Shown in pieces: positions 27,001 to 39,418 of a DNA stretch of 64,000 nucleotides. Origin of the DNA: Zancudomyces culisetae HAW-14-8 (lineage: Eukaryota; Fungi; Kickxellomycota); NCBI GenBank assembly GCA_052426225.1, contig JBNJNM010000013.1, positions 62,001 to 126,000 on the forward strand. The letters are read 5' to 3'. How positions within the stretch are numbered: position 1 is the stretch's first letter; each line of letters opens with the position of its first letter. The position numbers were made by a program, and so were the translations under genes. Under the pieces are notes generated by a model, which was not told the DNA's origin, made no database searches, and saw only the letters and a program-made list of their open reading frames with translations.

Positions 27001-29627
27001 AACCAAAACCCAATAAAAACAAAGACGAAAACGAAAACGAAAACGAGAAGGAGAACAAAGATGAAGAACAACATCAAAAGGAGGAAATTGAGGATTCTAT
27101 TTGCGTGACCAAGGCTCAGATAGCTCTATGCTACAAGGAAATGGGCAATCTTGAAGATGCCATACAGTATGCACAGGAAGCCGTCAATAAGGATTCACAG
27201 GAGATTCCAATGCGAGTAGTTTTATCAGAAATGTATGAACAGAGAGGTGATATAGAACGAGCAGTGTCGATGTTTTCAGAAATTGAAAATATCATCAAGA
27301 GAAATAAGGAACAGCAGCGTGAAGAAATGGAAGACCTACAAACTACACAAAATGATACGAACGCTAATGCTAATGCTAATGAAGGGGATGTTGAGAAAAG
27401 AGGGTTTGATGAATGGCTTATCAAAAAATCCACACCCACACTCAGACCATTTTCAAGACCCAAGTCAAAAGCAATTCCAGGATCATATAATGATGGTGAT
27501 GATTATACAACCGATACATTCCACCGGGACGGGCACGATACACTAGTGCGAGTAAAGAGTTACAAACATGGAATAATTGCTCGCGAAAGAAACAGGGCTG
27601 TTCGAGAATACTACATGCAACAATTAAACAGTAACCGTGAATGTAAGCTGGCATTTAAAAAACTCAGTTTAATTAATAAACGCATGGGGCAGTTGGATCA
27701 ACAAGCCAAAAACGCAAACTCAAACAAGAATAAAAATACAGATACTAGTGATTTGCTATTGGCGATCAACAGAAAAAAGCGAGCCTTGTTGATGGAATAT
27801 AATAAAACGGCTCGAATTCCCTTCAACGAATGGCGGAGATTTGACTATTTTTACAACCACAACCAACAAAAACTCAGCCTGATTAATCTTATTTATGGAA
27901 TGGAATCTCAATCCTCACATCAATCATCATCATCATCACCACCACCACCACCAGCTGGATCCAAATCAAAAGGTCTTGATGATGATGGTACACATAACAA
28001 GAATATGGATGTGGATGCGGATGCGGATGCGGATACAAATACTAAAGTTGATAAAAGCGATACTGACTTTGTACTTAGCAAAGAATATTTTGAAGATTAT
28101 GATAATGATCTTGAAAATATCAACGAAAAACGGTTGGATGAACTGAAAAGCCGGTTGTTTCCCAATCTGGTCAAAAAAAAACGATCAGGTTATGTGGCCA
28201 GTGACAAAGCCACCTTGAACACAGAGCACCAAAATATGGATGATGGTGTTGACACTACAGAGCGAATGTCAGTTGACCCAATAGCAAATGATAGTACTAG
28301 TACTAGTACAAGTACAAGAAAGGACGGGCAGGGAGAAATGGCTAGTAGATCGATATTAAATAAAACAAAAGTAGCCTATGAGTTCCGTGGATTTCGATAC
28401 GATACGTGGAAATCAATGTTTTATCAATATGCAATTAATCTGTCCGAGCTGGGCCATGTTAAGGAAGCCATTTTGATGTTGGAAACAGTCTCGAAAAGTC
28501 TTGTTTTCCGAGCAAGACCTGAGTACTATGCGTCCATCAGATTACTGATGTTGAGTGTGTCTATATATGGTTACCACTATTACAGCAATGCAACTTCTTA
28601 TCGTTCCCGAGGTGGTAAAGATATTTCGTATTTTTCTACTGCTGATACTGGTATTGGCACTGGTACTGGTATTGGTACTGGTATTGGTACTGGTACTGGT
28701 CGAATTATCAATACGGCGAATTCCACCAACTACCGAAGAAACCGTAATAAAGTCACTGCACGCCATCTACCCAGGGATAAATATGTATTAACCACGTACA
28801 AACTGATTCAGTGGATCATTTCATCATTCAATATGCACTTCACTCACGACCACAAGTTTATGAACGCAGTCTCTTTCCCCTTCCTTTATAAACTGTTCAG
28901 TTCGCTGTTTGTACTGGACACGAGTCACATGGTTGTATTTGCTAGTACATCCTCATTCAAGTTTATTAAGCGCCATTTCCTTTCTACAAACCCTTCAAAC
29001 CCCGCCAAAACTCCTTATACCAACCATATGACCCTTAGACTCTTGTATATTATTCGTGGACATCTTTTCTTGCTTTCCAGGTCTTACAAATTAGCCATTA
29101 CACAGTATCTCGAAGCACTTAATGTTTCCATCCCTTCAAAGAATGCTAAAAGTGAAAACAGCAGTAGCGATCAAGCCCAGGAGCAACTTTTGTCACCCAC
29201 AAGTGATGCCTCACTATATCTACTACTTTGTTCATGCTTTTCTCAACTTACAACAAGCAGAAGCACTTCCAATCGGTATAAACACTCCAGCCTTGCAATT
29301 TACTACATTTACAAATATGCCAAAATACGAAATACTTCTTCTACCAACGAACCTCAAAATGTCTCAATTGCAAATACAAGTAAATCCACCGCCTGGATTA
29401 CCTCCCAGGAAGTGGCCTACAATCTAGCCAGAACATTCCACGCACTTGATCTTCTATACCTCGCCGTGCCCCACTATTCACATGTGCTGCTCCTTTCGTC
29501 AACCGATCCGTCTTCATCATCCAAATCGTTTGTGCGTCTAGCAGCATACAATCTTGCTCAGTTGTATTGTTCATCTGGTTCGTTCCTTCTGGCACATGCC
29601 ATTTACGCCAAGTATCTTTCCATTTAA
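24085..29627 (+). CDS. TFC4: RNA polymerase III transcription factor TFIIIC TPR subunit (Tfc4/GTF3C3), intron about 24934-25083
   Basis: Acidic N-terminus, TPR array (LLGTANMHYA...LLQEVIRIDP...AWHTLALIQEEQG...SAHLAP) and C-terminal EVAYNLARTFHALDLLYLAVPHYSHVL...AAYNLAQLY. Confidence 0.88.
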
Positions 29628-29769
29628 TTCAAACTACAAACTTTATTACAATAGAAAATTAATATAAAAAATGATGAGGAACCTATTTTTCCCCTTTTCT
29701 TTTCTTTTCTTTTCTTTTCTAATCAAATCAAATCAAATCTAATCTAACATAATCTATTTAATTAACTCT

Positions 29770-32512
29770 TCAACCACACATAATCCACTTGTCTAGATCA
29801 ATAAACTTGTATTTGGCTGTCTTTGCTCGATAATATCTATATTCCATCTCGTCCATTACCAGCCCTGTGATGTCCAGTTCATCCTCTTGGATATCTATTT
29901 CGTCATTGTTTTTTACCACTACTACTGGTTCACCATGTCTCAGTTGTCCATTTCTGTCTCCAAAACCACCACTATTGGAATTCTTTTGTTTATTCAGCAA
30001 TTCAGTATACCAATTTCCAGATATTTCCTTTTCCTTTTCCTCTTCCTTTTCCTTTTTTTCTTTTTCTTTTTCTTTCTCCTTTTCTCTCTCTATTTCTATT
30101 TCTACTTCTTTTTCTTGATCTCGTTCCTCATAATTATTTTGCATATTTTGCACATTCTGCACCTGGCCACTCTTGCTTCCATTAGGTTTATTTGCCTTTC
30201 CAACCTTCTGGTTTTCCCTTTTCAGTATCTCCAGATCAATCGGTTGTTCACTCTTCCCACTAATTACAATACAGGCTTCGTCTTCAGCCACCGCAAATGG
30301 GTCTGCCTTCTTGGTATTTGCACTTGGATACTCCAACTTCAACATATGCACCAATCTGATCGGCTTGTTCCGCGCATCCTTGAAATATATCTCTACACCC
30401 ACCGGAAACTCCCCCCATCCATACCGCTCAATCTCATACGGTGCCTGCCGAATTTCCACCTCATCCCTGGGCTTGTAGCTCGGATGCAGCTTGTATTTTA
30501 TTTTTCTAATGTATTTAGGCATTCTAACTGCATCCCGCGTCGCTTCCTTGACATACATTTTCCACCGATGTGTACACTCCTCTCTGCCACTGGTTCTCTG
30601 GTTTACTGGAATGTACTGGCTTGAATTTCCCATAATCACACGATGTATTACATGGAATCGACTCTCCTTGTACACTTTTCCTTTTTCTTCGTCCTCCCTT
30701 ACACTTGACCCCACATACTCATCGGATTCATTTTGCTCAAACTTTACGCTTGCTCTTTGCAACTTTATCCTCTTTGTTCCAAATTCTTCCTCATCCTCTT
30801 CTTTAATCCGTTGAACTCTCTTTCTACCCGGCTTTCTTCGCTTTTTCTTTTTCCTCTTCTATTTGGATTTTGTTTGAAATTATTTTACTTTACTCTCTCT
30901 CTCTCTGTTCTCTATCACATATACTCTATTAATATCTATCCTTACTTTTTCTATTATGTCCACAATGCCTTCTACCTCCTTTTTCTTTATTCCCCTTCCT
31001 TCTAAATACCTGTTTATTCATTTTATTATTTATTTATTAGTTGTCGATATTTGTTTACACTCTCAAAAATACAAAATAAAACAAAAATACAAGGTTGTGT
31101 AGCTCAAACACATTCTACACACTTTAAATCATCCCATCTCTTATCGGCTAGCCCTAATAATAACGTAACGCTTACATTTTCAGATACTTGGCTTTTTCTT
31201 CTTCTATATCCTCATATTTACTCGACTCCCCAACCCCTTTCCCTATATTTACATTTACACCCCTTCCTCCATAGTAACTCTCATTGTTAAATCTCAGTCC
31301 GTGATTCTATTTAGATTATTGGTTGTGTTCGTTTTTAGTATATCAAAAATCCACTTTTTATCTCGAAAGCTTTATTGCACGGTATTTATACATATTATAA
31401 CTAGTCGCAATTATATACCCATATACATTAGTATAATCGTATTTTTATTACATTACTTCATATATTCCGCATTCATTTATCACCTCCTGTTTATCGTTGT
31501 ATTTTACTCCATGAACCTTGTCGCTGTGCTTCATAAAGTCTTCTATGTCACCGAAATCTTCCTTGTAGCAACGATTACAGCGGACCCTATACATATTAGC
31601 ACAGTTAATTTAATATAGAAATAAGAACATCTTTTTTTTCTTCTCAAAGCATAAATATGATCTTGTTTAATCCCAATGTAATATTATTTCAATATCCAAC
31701 CCTTCTCCCTCTTCCTCTTCAACATCCCCATTACCATCCCCATTATCATTCCCATCTTCGTCCTATTTCCCCTCTTTTTCTCCCTTTACTTACTCTACTC
31801 TTTCTCCAGTATCGTCCTCAAATACATATAATTTTCCGCTTTTGCTCTCCACAGGTTTGCTCAATTGCACTTCACTCACACCCTCGTCTTTGTTCTCGTC
31901 TTCGTCTTCATCTTCGTCTTTTATTATTATCTTTTTTTTACTTTTGACAGGTTTTGTGCTACCTCCATCACCAACTCCATTTCTCAGGTATTCAAAAACA
32001 CCCATTCCAGTACTATCGTAATTCCCATAACTAGTATCCCCAACATATCCACCTTTTTTTCCGCTTTCAAAGCTGCTACCACCCGTCGGATAATATCCGT
32101 TCTCCTCTTCCTCGTATTCTAGGCTCTCGTCCTCGCTATCTTCAAAACTATCTTGTTCACCATCGCTGGTATCTTCTCTATTCATAGAACTTTCAATAAT
32201 TTCCAGGATCGTCTTTGCTTGTTCAATACTTTTTTGAATCGTTTTAATTTCTTTCTCCTTTATTTCTCGCTCTCTTTCAAACTCTTTCTTTATAATCCAC
32301 CGAATCTTCTCCATTCTCTCCAATTCTATTCAGCATAATTATCGGCTCAGTTAGCGCAAATATTTATACACCTCCATAAATCCCTACCCCTACCCACCCC
32401 TCATTTCGTACGCACTATGTAGCTAAAACGATTCATAATAAACCCTAACGTTTGCTAACTTACCCTCTGCCCCGCCTTTTCCTATAGTGTTGTAGCTTTC
32501 TTTTCCATACAT
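29770..32512 (-). CDS. YEATS2-like protein: N-terminal coiled coil, Ahc1-type C2H2 zinc finger and YEATS domain (multi-exon; middle exons approximate)
   Basis: Exon 1 MYGKRK...(32512-32464). Exon 2 IIKKEFEREREIKEKEI. The exon at about 31587-31457 reads CNRC...FMKHSDKVH...ECG. The YEATS domain has THRWKMYV, LHPSYKP and GWGEFPV. Confidence 0.82.
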
Positions 32513-33090
32513 TTTGGGGTTTTTTGCTCTTGCATAATTCTAATATTTTCCACTATGCTTCCTATCAACTCAATTTGTGGCTTTATTGTATCTGTCCTTT
32601 TCTACACGACCACCTCTCTCAGATAGCCTGCTTTTAAAAGGTAACCTTTTCTCTTGACTTTTATGAACACAATTTTTAAAAAAAATATAAAAAAAATCGA
32701 ATGGTTATTAGATGAGAAACTACAACACGTTTACTAAATCGATTATTACCCTGAAAAAAATTTTCACGCATTTGGTGGTCCTAATTTGCGTGTTTTTAAA
32801 CCACGTAAAATTACCGAATGAAATGTGTTTGTTTAATGAGAGAATTTTATTTTGTTTCGCATTAAACTCGAATAAAGGCTAAATTACTATGATAATCAGC
32901 AAATAATGTTGGTAATAGATAAGAGAATAACAGATGGATTTGTTCCTTATTAAAATCTTCTTGTCACTCGTTACGTTAGATACTTGTACTCAATGCGATT
33001 CCACCCCTCGCATCTCCCACATCCTACCTACGGTAAAGCACTGTGCAGTATGTATTGTGCACTGTGCATTGAACATTGTGCATTACAATT

Positions 33091-34537
33091 CTATCTCCTC
33101 GCAGATAGTGTCAAAAATTCCTCTCGGGTCTTTGAATCACTCCTAAACCTTCCCAACATATAACTGGTTGTGGTGATACTTTCAGGCTTCTGCACACCTC
33201 TCATTGCCATACATTCATGCCTATTTTTGTTACAATGATACATTATATTTCGCTTAGTCTTGTCTCTCCCCCTTTTTTTGTCTGTACTTACTTTGCTTCT
33301 ATTAATACAGCCACTCCTTGTGGTTTGAGCATTTCGCTCAACGCTATGGCAATTTGCTTCGTAAGTCTTTCCTGTACTTGAAGTCTTCTTGAAAACATAT
33401 CAGCTACTCTTGCCAATTTACTCAAGCCCAAAACACTTCTATTTGGAATGTACCCTATTGATATCTATTTATAGTAGCGAAAAGTATACATATATTTAAT
33501 CTCTCGTTTGCTATAACCTGCCCAGTTCTTTTGTATTTTCAATCATTGTCTAGTTTTTCACTGCAGTTTTGTCTTGCACCATCTCTACTCTCTCTCCTCG
33601 CCGTTAATCAGCAGCAAATCTCCGCGTTTTAGTAAAAATGACAAAATGAAATCTCAGTTGGAAAAACTTACGTTACAGGAAAACGGCACCAGGTGGTGTT
33701 CACATAGCGAAAATGTTCTTATATCTCTCACTATAACCATCTCCTCGTGATCTAAAACATAATTTATATACCATGCGTTAGCCCACGCCCACTTATGAAT
33801 ACATGCTCGTCTGCAGATAAACGCATTTTTGTATGTTACTATCCATTACCTTCTTCGAATATTGCCTCATTAATCACAGCTATCATTTATAAACATAAAA
33901 ATGGGTATTTTGAGATTGGGTAGACCTAATATACTTGATATAATATATATACATTAAAAACTCTAGTAGTTACAAAATAGATGCTTTACATGATAAACTT
34001 TCTTCATATCCCTTTGTGAAGAATAATAGCGCTTTGGCATATCTTTCCGGAGTCTTGAGAATTCCTTGTCTATCCACGTCCTCTCCAATACACTCCAGAA
34101 TAACCTTTACTGCTCCTGCCATTCGCTTTATTCTTTGTTCTTTCTCTTGTTCAGTTTCATTTATTCTATCACGTGCCCCCAAGCCTGTTAATGTATTTAA
34201 TCATTCACTGTTGAATTACTTATTAAAAAATAACGCTCTGAGTGTAAAAAAGAGATAGTAGAAACGATGTAGACATTAGAAATGCTACAACATTCGCTGT
34301 TTGGGGCTAAACATTTATGTTCAGTATAGAAAAATACTTACTTGGCCAACTCAGACCGTCCTCTTCTACCGCTGGACTTTCGTATATACTGATTTGTTTA
34401 CTCTGCTCCTTTTTTTTTGCCAAAAAGATATTGGGTGATTGCACTCTCGTTGTAGCCACTGAAGGCTCTAGCTTCAGCATACGAAGGTTATCAGCAACAT
34501 CCTGCTTTATTGAATCAAATTCGCCTTTTTGCTCCAT
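33091..34537 (-). CDS. FOL2: GTP cyclohydrolase I (multi-exon, including a 30-nt micro-exon at about 33850-33879)
   Basis: [61 protein letters not shown] and [11 protein letters not shown] motifs. Confidence 0.94.
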
Positions 34538-35722
34538 TTTCAGATCACACTTTGTTTTATATGTATCCACGGGTACTATCTGCTGTTTATATATTTTTGA
34601 TTTGTATATCCCTTGTTTCAGCCCTTCTGAAGTCGTGTTATCCCTTTTTCCCACTCTCCAGTTTACCAAGCTTGCCTAAGTGTTTTGTACGATTTTGAGG
34701 CAAAAAAAATTTTTTTTTAAGCTTTAACAACAGCTTATTGTGATTTGGCCGGAACTAACATCCTAGCGTGTTTTTGAAATATCCCATAAATAAAAAAAAA
34801 CATGCAATTGTATTACATAATAATTGTAAGCCACCACTTGAGACAACAAATCTTTTGACTGCTGCCGAGAAAAATGGGGGCAGATAAGTTTCCTATCTCT
34901 AATAAATATTTTTGCTTTTCACACCCGGTCCATCGGCTAGAGTAGTATACTAAGTTCCTTCGTTGTAATGTTCTACCTTCACTGCCCATTCAAATCAACT
35001 TAGGATCCACAAATATTTTTGATCATTTGCTTTTGTTAGAGTTATCACCCACCCCCTAATTTTTTTTTAGAAAAAGACGGGGGAGGGGTGGGTGGGCTCT
35101 GTTTGTAAACCAAAAATAACCTGTTAATACTTGTCCATCGTCTCCAATACATTATCGATTTACTCTGTTAAATCAAGTCCAAAAAGAAAAAAATGACCAA
35201 TGCATTTTCAGTACTCAGTCACCGGAATACACAAGTCAAGTTTGACTTGAAACACAGAAAAAATAAACCACCCGTATCCATTAATCATATTTACACCACT
35301 TTCCCACGATTATTCATGAGATACAGAAATGGTACCAATGTGATTATTAATATGAATATAAATCCTTCAACAATTCAGAACAAAACCTTTGCCTTTTTTT
35401 TCCCTTTTCTGTAATTAGTCAAAATATTCATGGCCTTCAATGTATGATCAAAAGACTATTGTCAATCCACCCTGTAGTTATAAAGCTAACCCTGTAAACT
35501 AAGCATAGGAAATATGAAACATCTTTTCTTTTCAGAAAGTTTAGCCTCACTGACTCGAGGATAGATAAATTAAAGTAATTCTAATATAGTTGACATCTTT
35601 TCCTTAAATAATCACGCTAATAAAGTAAAACTTTATATAAAAATTACGTCTTTCAAAATATTTGAAAAAGGGGTAAAGAAAAAAAGGAAATAACAATTGA
35701 GAGAATTCTTGACTGACTCAAA

Positions 35723-37155
35723 TCACGCTTGGAGCAATTTTTTAATAACCTCAACGACAGCCTCAACTGCACCCTCTTGCACCTGGTGATGGAATACAAT
35801 TCTGAGAGCAACTTCAGAAAATGCTATGACCAATACACCCGCCTCTTTCAGTGCCTCAGCAACATGGTGAGCATTTATACCAGTGGATGAAAAGTCAACA
35901 AAGAGAATGCTGGTTTCAACTGGGAATAAAAACTTTATACCAAGCTGGGAAAGTTGGTCAGCAAGACACTTGGCCCGCTTGTGGTCGTTTTGTAGCAAAG
36001 GTAGATGGTTATCAATTGTATAGTTTGCCGCCTCTGCGAGTATTCCTGCTTGTCTCCATCCAGCACCGAATAGCTTGCGGAACTTTCTAGCATTAGCAAT
36101 AAACTCTTTAGATCCTACCAGCACAGAACCGACTGGTGCACCCATACCCTTTGAGAAACAAATTGAGATGGAATCAAAGCATTTTCCGTATTCTGTAAAT
36201 GGCGTGCCTGATGCAATAGATGCATTCCAGATTCTAGCACCATCCATGTGCATTCCAATGTTGTGCTCTCTTGCATACGCACTGATTTTTCTAATTTCTT
36301 CTATTGGAAATACCATTCCGTTGATTGTGTTTTCCAAACAAATCAATCTAGTTGGTGCAATGTGGAAATCACCATTATCAAGGAAAATTTTTTTCTTGAT
36401 CTCCTCCAATGTAATATATCTTTTGTTTGCCAAGGGCTCCACAGGTACAGTTAGGGCAAGCGAATGGTATGCAATCCCACCAGCCTCATGAACGTATACA
36501 TGAGCGTTTGCATCACATACCACGGAGTATGGTGGGACTTTCAAGTGTGATCTTATTCCCAACTGGTTGCTAAGTGTGCCTGATGCACAAAACAACCCAT
36601 CCTCCTTTCCGAACAACTCGGCAACTCTCTTTTCGAATCTCGAGATTGATGGATCCTCTCCAAATACATCATCTCCGGTTTCTGCCGCCATCATAACTTT
36701 AAGCATCTCTGGTGTAGGCTTGGTTACTATTCAAATATTGGTTGTTTTTTTAAAATTCGCTTTGGTGTTTTCTTTTTTAGCTTGGTTAGTTTTGTCTTGT
36801 TAGTCTCAAGGACTAAAGAAAGATAACGTGGGTATGGAAGGAGAAAACTTAATGTAAGACCACAGGAAGAGAGTGTGCCCCTGAGCTCAAGTAGTGTGTA
36901 TAAGATAATATGGTACAGTATAAAGCATACCTGTGTCACTTCTAAGATCCCACTTGACGGGACTCTTCTCTGTGCTTTTTGTTGCACCATTATACCTAGT
37001 TTGATTTAGAGTCGGTTGAGTACATTTAGGATATTGAATGTGTTATGAATTATACATGCAGAGTTAAAACCGTACCAGCTTTTATCTTAAAAAAGGGTGA
37101 AAAAGTACAGATTTGTGGAATTATCTGGTGGAACTTACCCTGAACTTTCACTCAT
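35723..37155 (-). CDS. GLY1: Low-specificity L-threonine aldolase (3 exons: 37155-37139, about 36996-36930, about 36727-35723)
   Basis: Spliced N-terminus MSESSGYNG...WDLRSDTVTKPT, plus GDDVFGEDP, HMDGARIWNA and the PLP lysine in CFSKGMGAPVGS. Confidence 0.93.
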
Positions 37156-37947
37156 TTTGTGGTCACTGACGGTACTAGCTGGAATAAATAATATTATTTA
37201 AACTTGTTTATTTAGATTTTTTTTGTGTTTAGGGTCAAGATATAAGACTTTTTTATAGCTTGAATACTCGCCTTCCTTTCCTTTTTTTTTATTGCTTTAA
37301 AATTGTCTTTTTTTTTGCATCTCTTCTGGTGATGTTCATTGATTAATAAGACTTGTGTCCCGGAAAATATCAGTACGATGATGATGTCAATGATCGTGTT
37401 CCATTGGCTAATCCATCTCCTACTAATGACTTAATAGTTGGATTTGTTTTTTTTCCCATTCGAAATTTGTTTCAGCTTAATCTAGCAAATTAATTAAATA
37501 AAAAAACGGCTCATAGTAAAAGATGCCGTTCAAGGTAAAGGAGGAGACTTTGATGATTTGAGTAGAGAATTAGCCATGTGCTTTCAAGCCAACTGCCTAA
37601 TAAAAAACTGATAAAACAGTCACACAAAATAAAAATAGCAGTAATTCTGGAAGAAACGAAGAGGAGGGGAGAGTGAGAAACAAGGTGGAAGGAGAAAGGA
37701 GGAAGAAGGAACACCAACGCAAACACAAGCTGATATCAGCATATCCCTAACTTTAAACTATTTTCGGGAGGTAGGGAATCAAAGAAAAGTTACAATTTCA
37801 TTTTACACGAGATAACACACTATATTGATTAAAATACCTAAAAGAACATTTTTAAAAAAAGAAATATATATTGAATACAAAAACATAAAATCAGTACGAA
37901 TGGTTCAATGAATGGGTAGCAAAAGCCAATTCCATTCATAAATAAAA

Positions 37948-39418
37948 TCAGGCATTTGCATGCAATGGTTGTAAATTCGGTGCTGTATATGATGGTTTCC
38001 TGTGTGAATAAAAACTACACGTGCTGATATAACACTCAGCCAAGTATGTTACAAACATATAAACATGCAAAATGGTTCGAGGAGACGGAGGAATGGGTTT
38101 TCCAAACCCCATATCCAACAATAGGTCAATGGGCGACTTCTCAACCTCGACAGCATTAATTTCAACGAGTGCTGGTCTAACAATAATACAATTTCCTGAA
38201 GTGGACCAGGTATTAGAAGAAGAACTGCCCTTTCCAAGATTTTTATGAGGATTAAAGATGGGCATAGAGCCAGGGTCTTGGAGAGGGCTTGATGGTAACG
38301 TGGTAGTAGGAGAACCCGATGATGAAGTAGACGGTGGTAGTTCTGCCACAAGTGTGCTTTCTTCGTCTTTTGTGGGGAACACTGTCTCTAATTTTTGTCT
38401 TAGTTCATCAAGCTCGCGTTTCAGCACACTGTTTTCTATATCTTTGTGCTCTAACTCCTGCTTTAGGCGATCGTTTTCTGTTTCGAATTTTCTTACTCGC
38501 TCTTCCAGGGTTTGAATGTATTCTATGAAATAATTAAAATAAGCAAATAAAGAGTCAGTTGGGTTGCACCCTGTAAATACAAGTACTATTCTTACCTTTT
38601 CTTCTAACTCGGAAATTACGAGCCGAGATCTTGTTCCTGATCTGTCGCCGCTCTTTCGACGACATGTTCTTCAAATCAAGTTTAGAGAGTTCATCCTCCT
38701 CGTCATTTTTGAAATCTCCATACATATCCTCCTCGTGCTCTTCTTCTTTGATTTTGTTCGCCTTTTGTTTCTTCGTTTCCTTGGACTCCTTAGGTTCCTT
38801 TGTCTTTTTCTGCTTCCGCTCCTTCTTTTTGACATCGTTGGTCTGCTGCTCAGTAGTCGAGTTGCGATTTTTGAGGAAAGTTTCAATGCTTTCTAAAATC
38901 GCTTCTGGTGTTGCATTTACTGAAGCGGCTTCAATATCCATCCCCGGGGTGTCAAATAGCAGATTTTGTAATTCCAGCGGGGAAGCCTTGGCACACCCCT
39001 CGCTCATGGCCACATCGCTCTCTACCCTGCTGGTTTCTGCGGATTGACCTATTGTAATCTTCCCAGTTGTCTCTAGCCATTTCTTATCGCCAAATGCACT
39101 TTGTTCCTCAACCAAAGATGCCAAAGAATCAAGTAATTCGTGGCTGTCCATCTGACTTTGGTCAAAGCTTCCTGGGTTCAACGCCAAGCCATTCATATAT
39201 TCAGGTTCGTTCCCAAAATCTAGGGAATTTCCACCATTTTCCAGGTTTTTTGGATCTATAGTGTAGTCTTGATTCAAATCATCAAACGTTAAATCCTGAA
39301 TTCCAGTGAAAACTTCACCTCCAAGTAAATTGCCTTGATTATAATAAAACTCAACGCTCTGGGGATTGCCAATATCCAACTGCGTTTCGTCTATGCAATC
39401 TTTAAAAAAATCAGACAT
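37948..39418 (-). CDS. bZIP transcription factor (intron about 38595-38524)
   Basis: Basic region SSKERRQIRNKISARNFRVRRK is spliced to EYIQTLEERVRKFETENDRLKQEL leucine zipper. Acidic N-terminus. Confidence 0.9.

Noticed and set aside
37948-39418. bZIP as a HAC1/XBP1 ortholog with an Ire1 intron
   Set aside because: The basic region differs from Hac1, the only intron seen is spliceosomal, and I did not notice Ire1-type hairpins.
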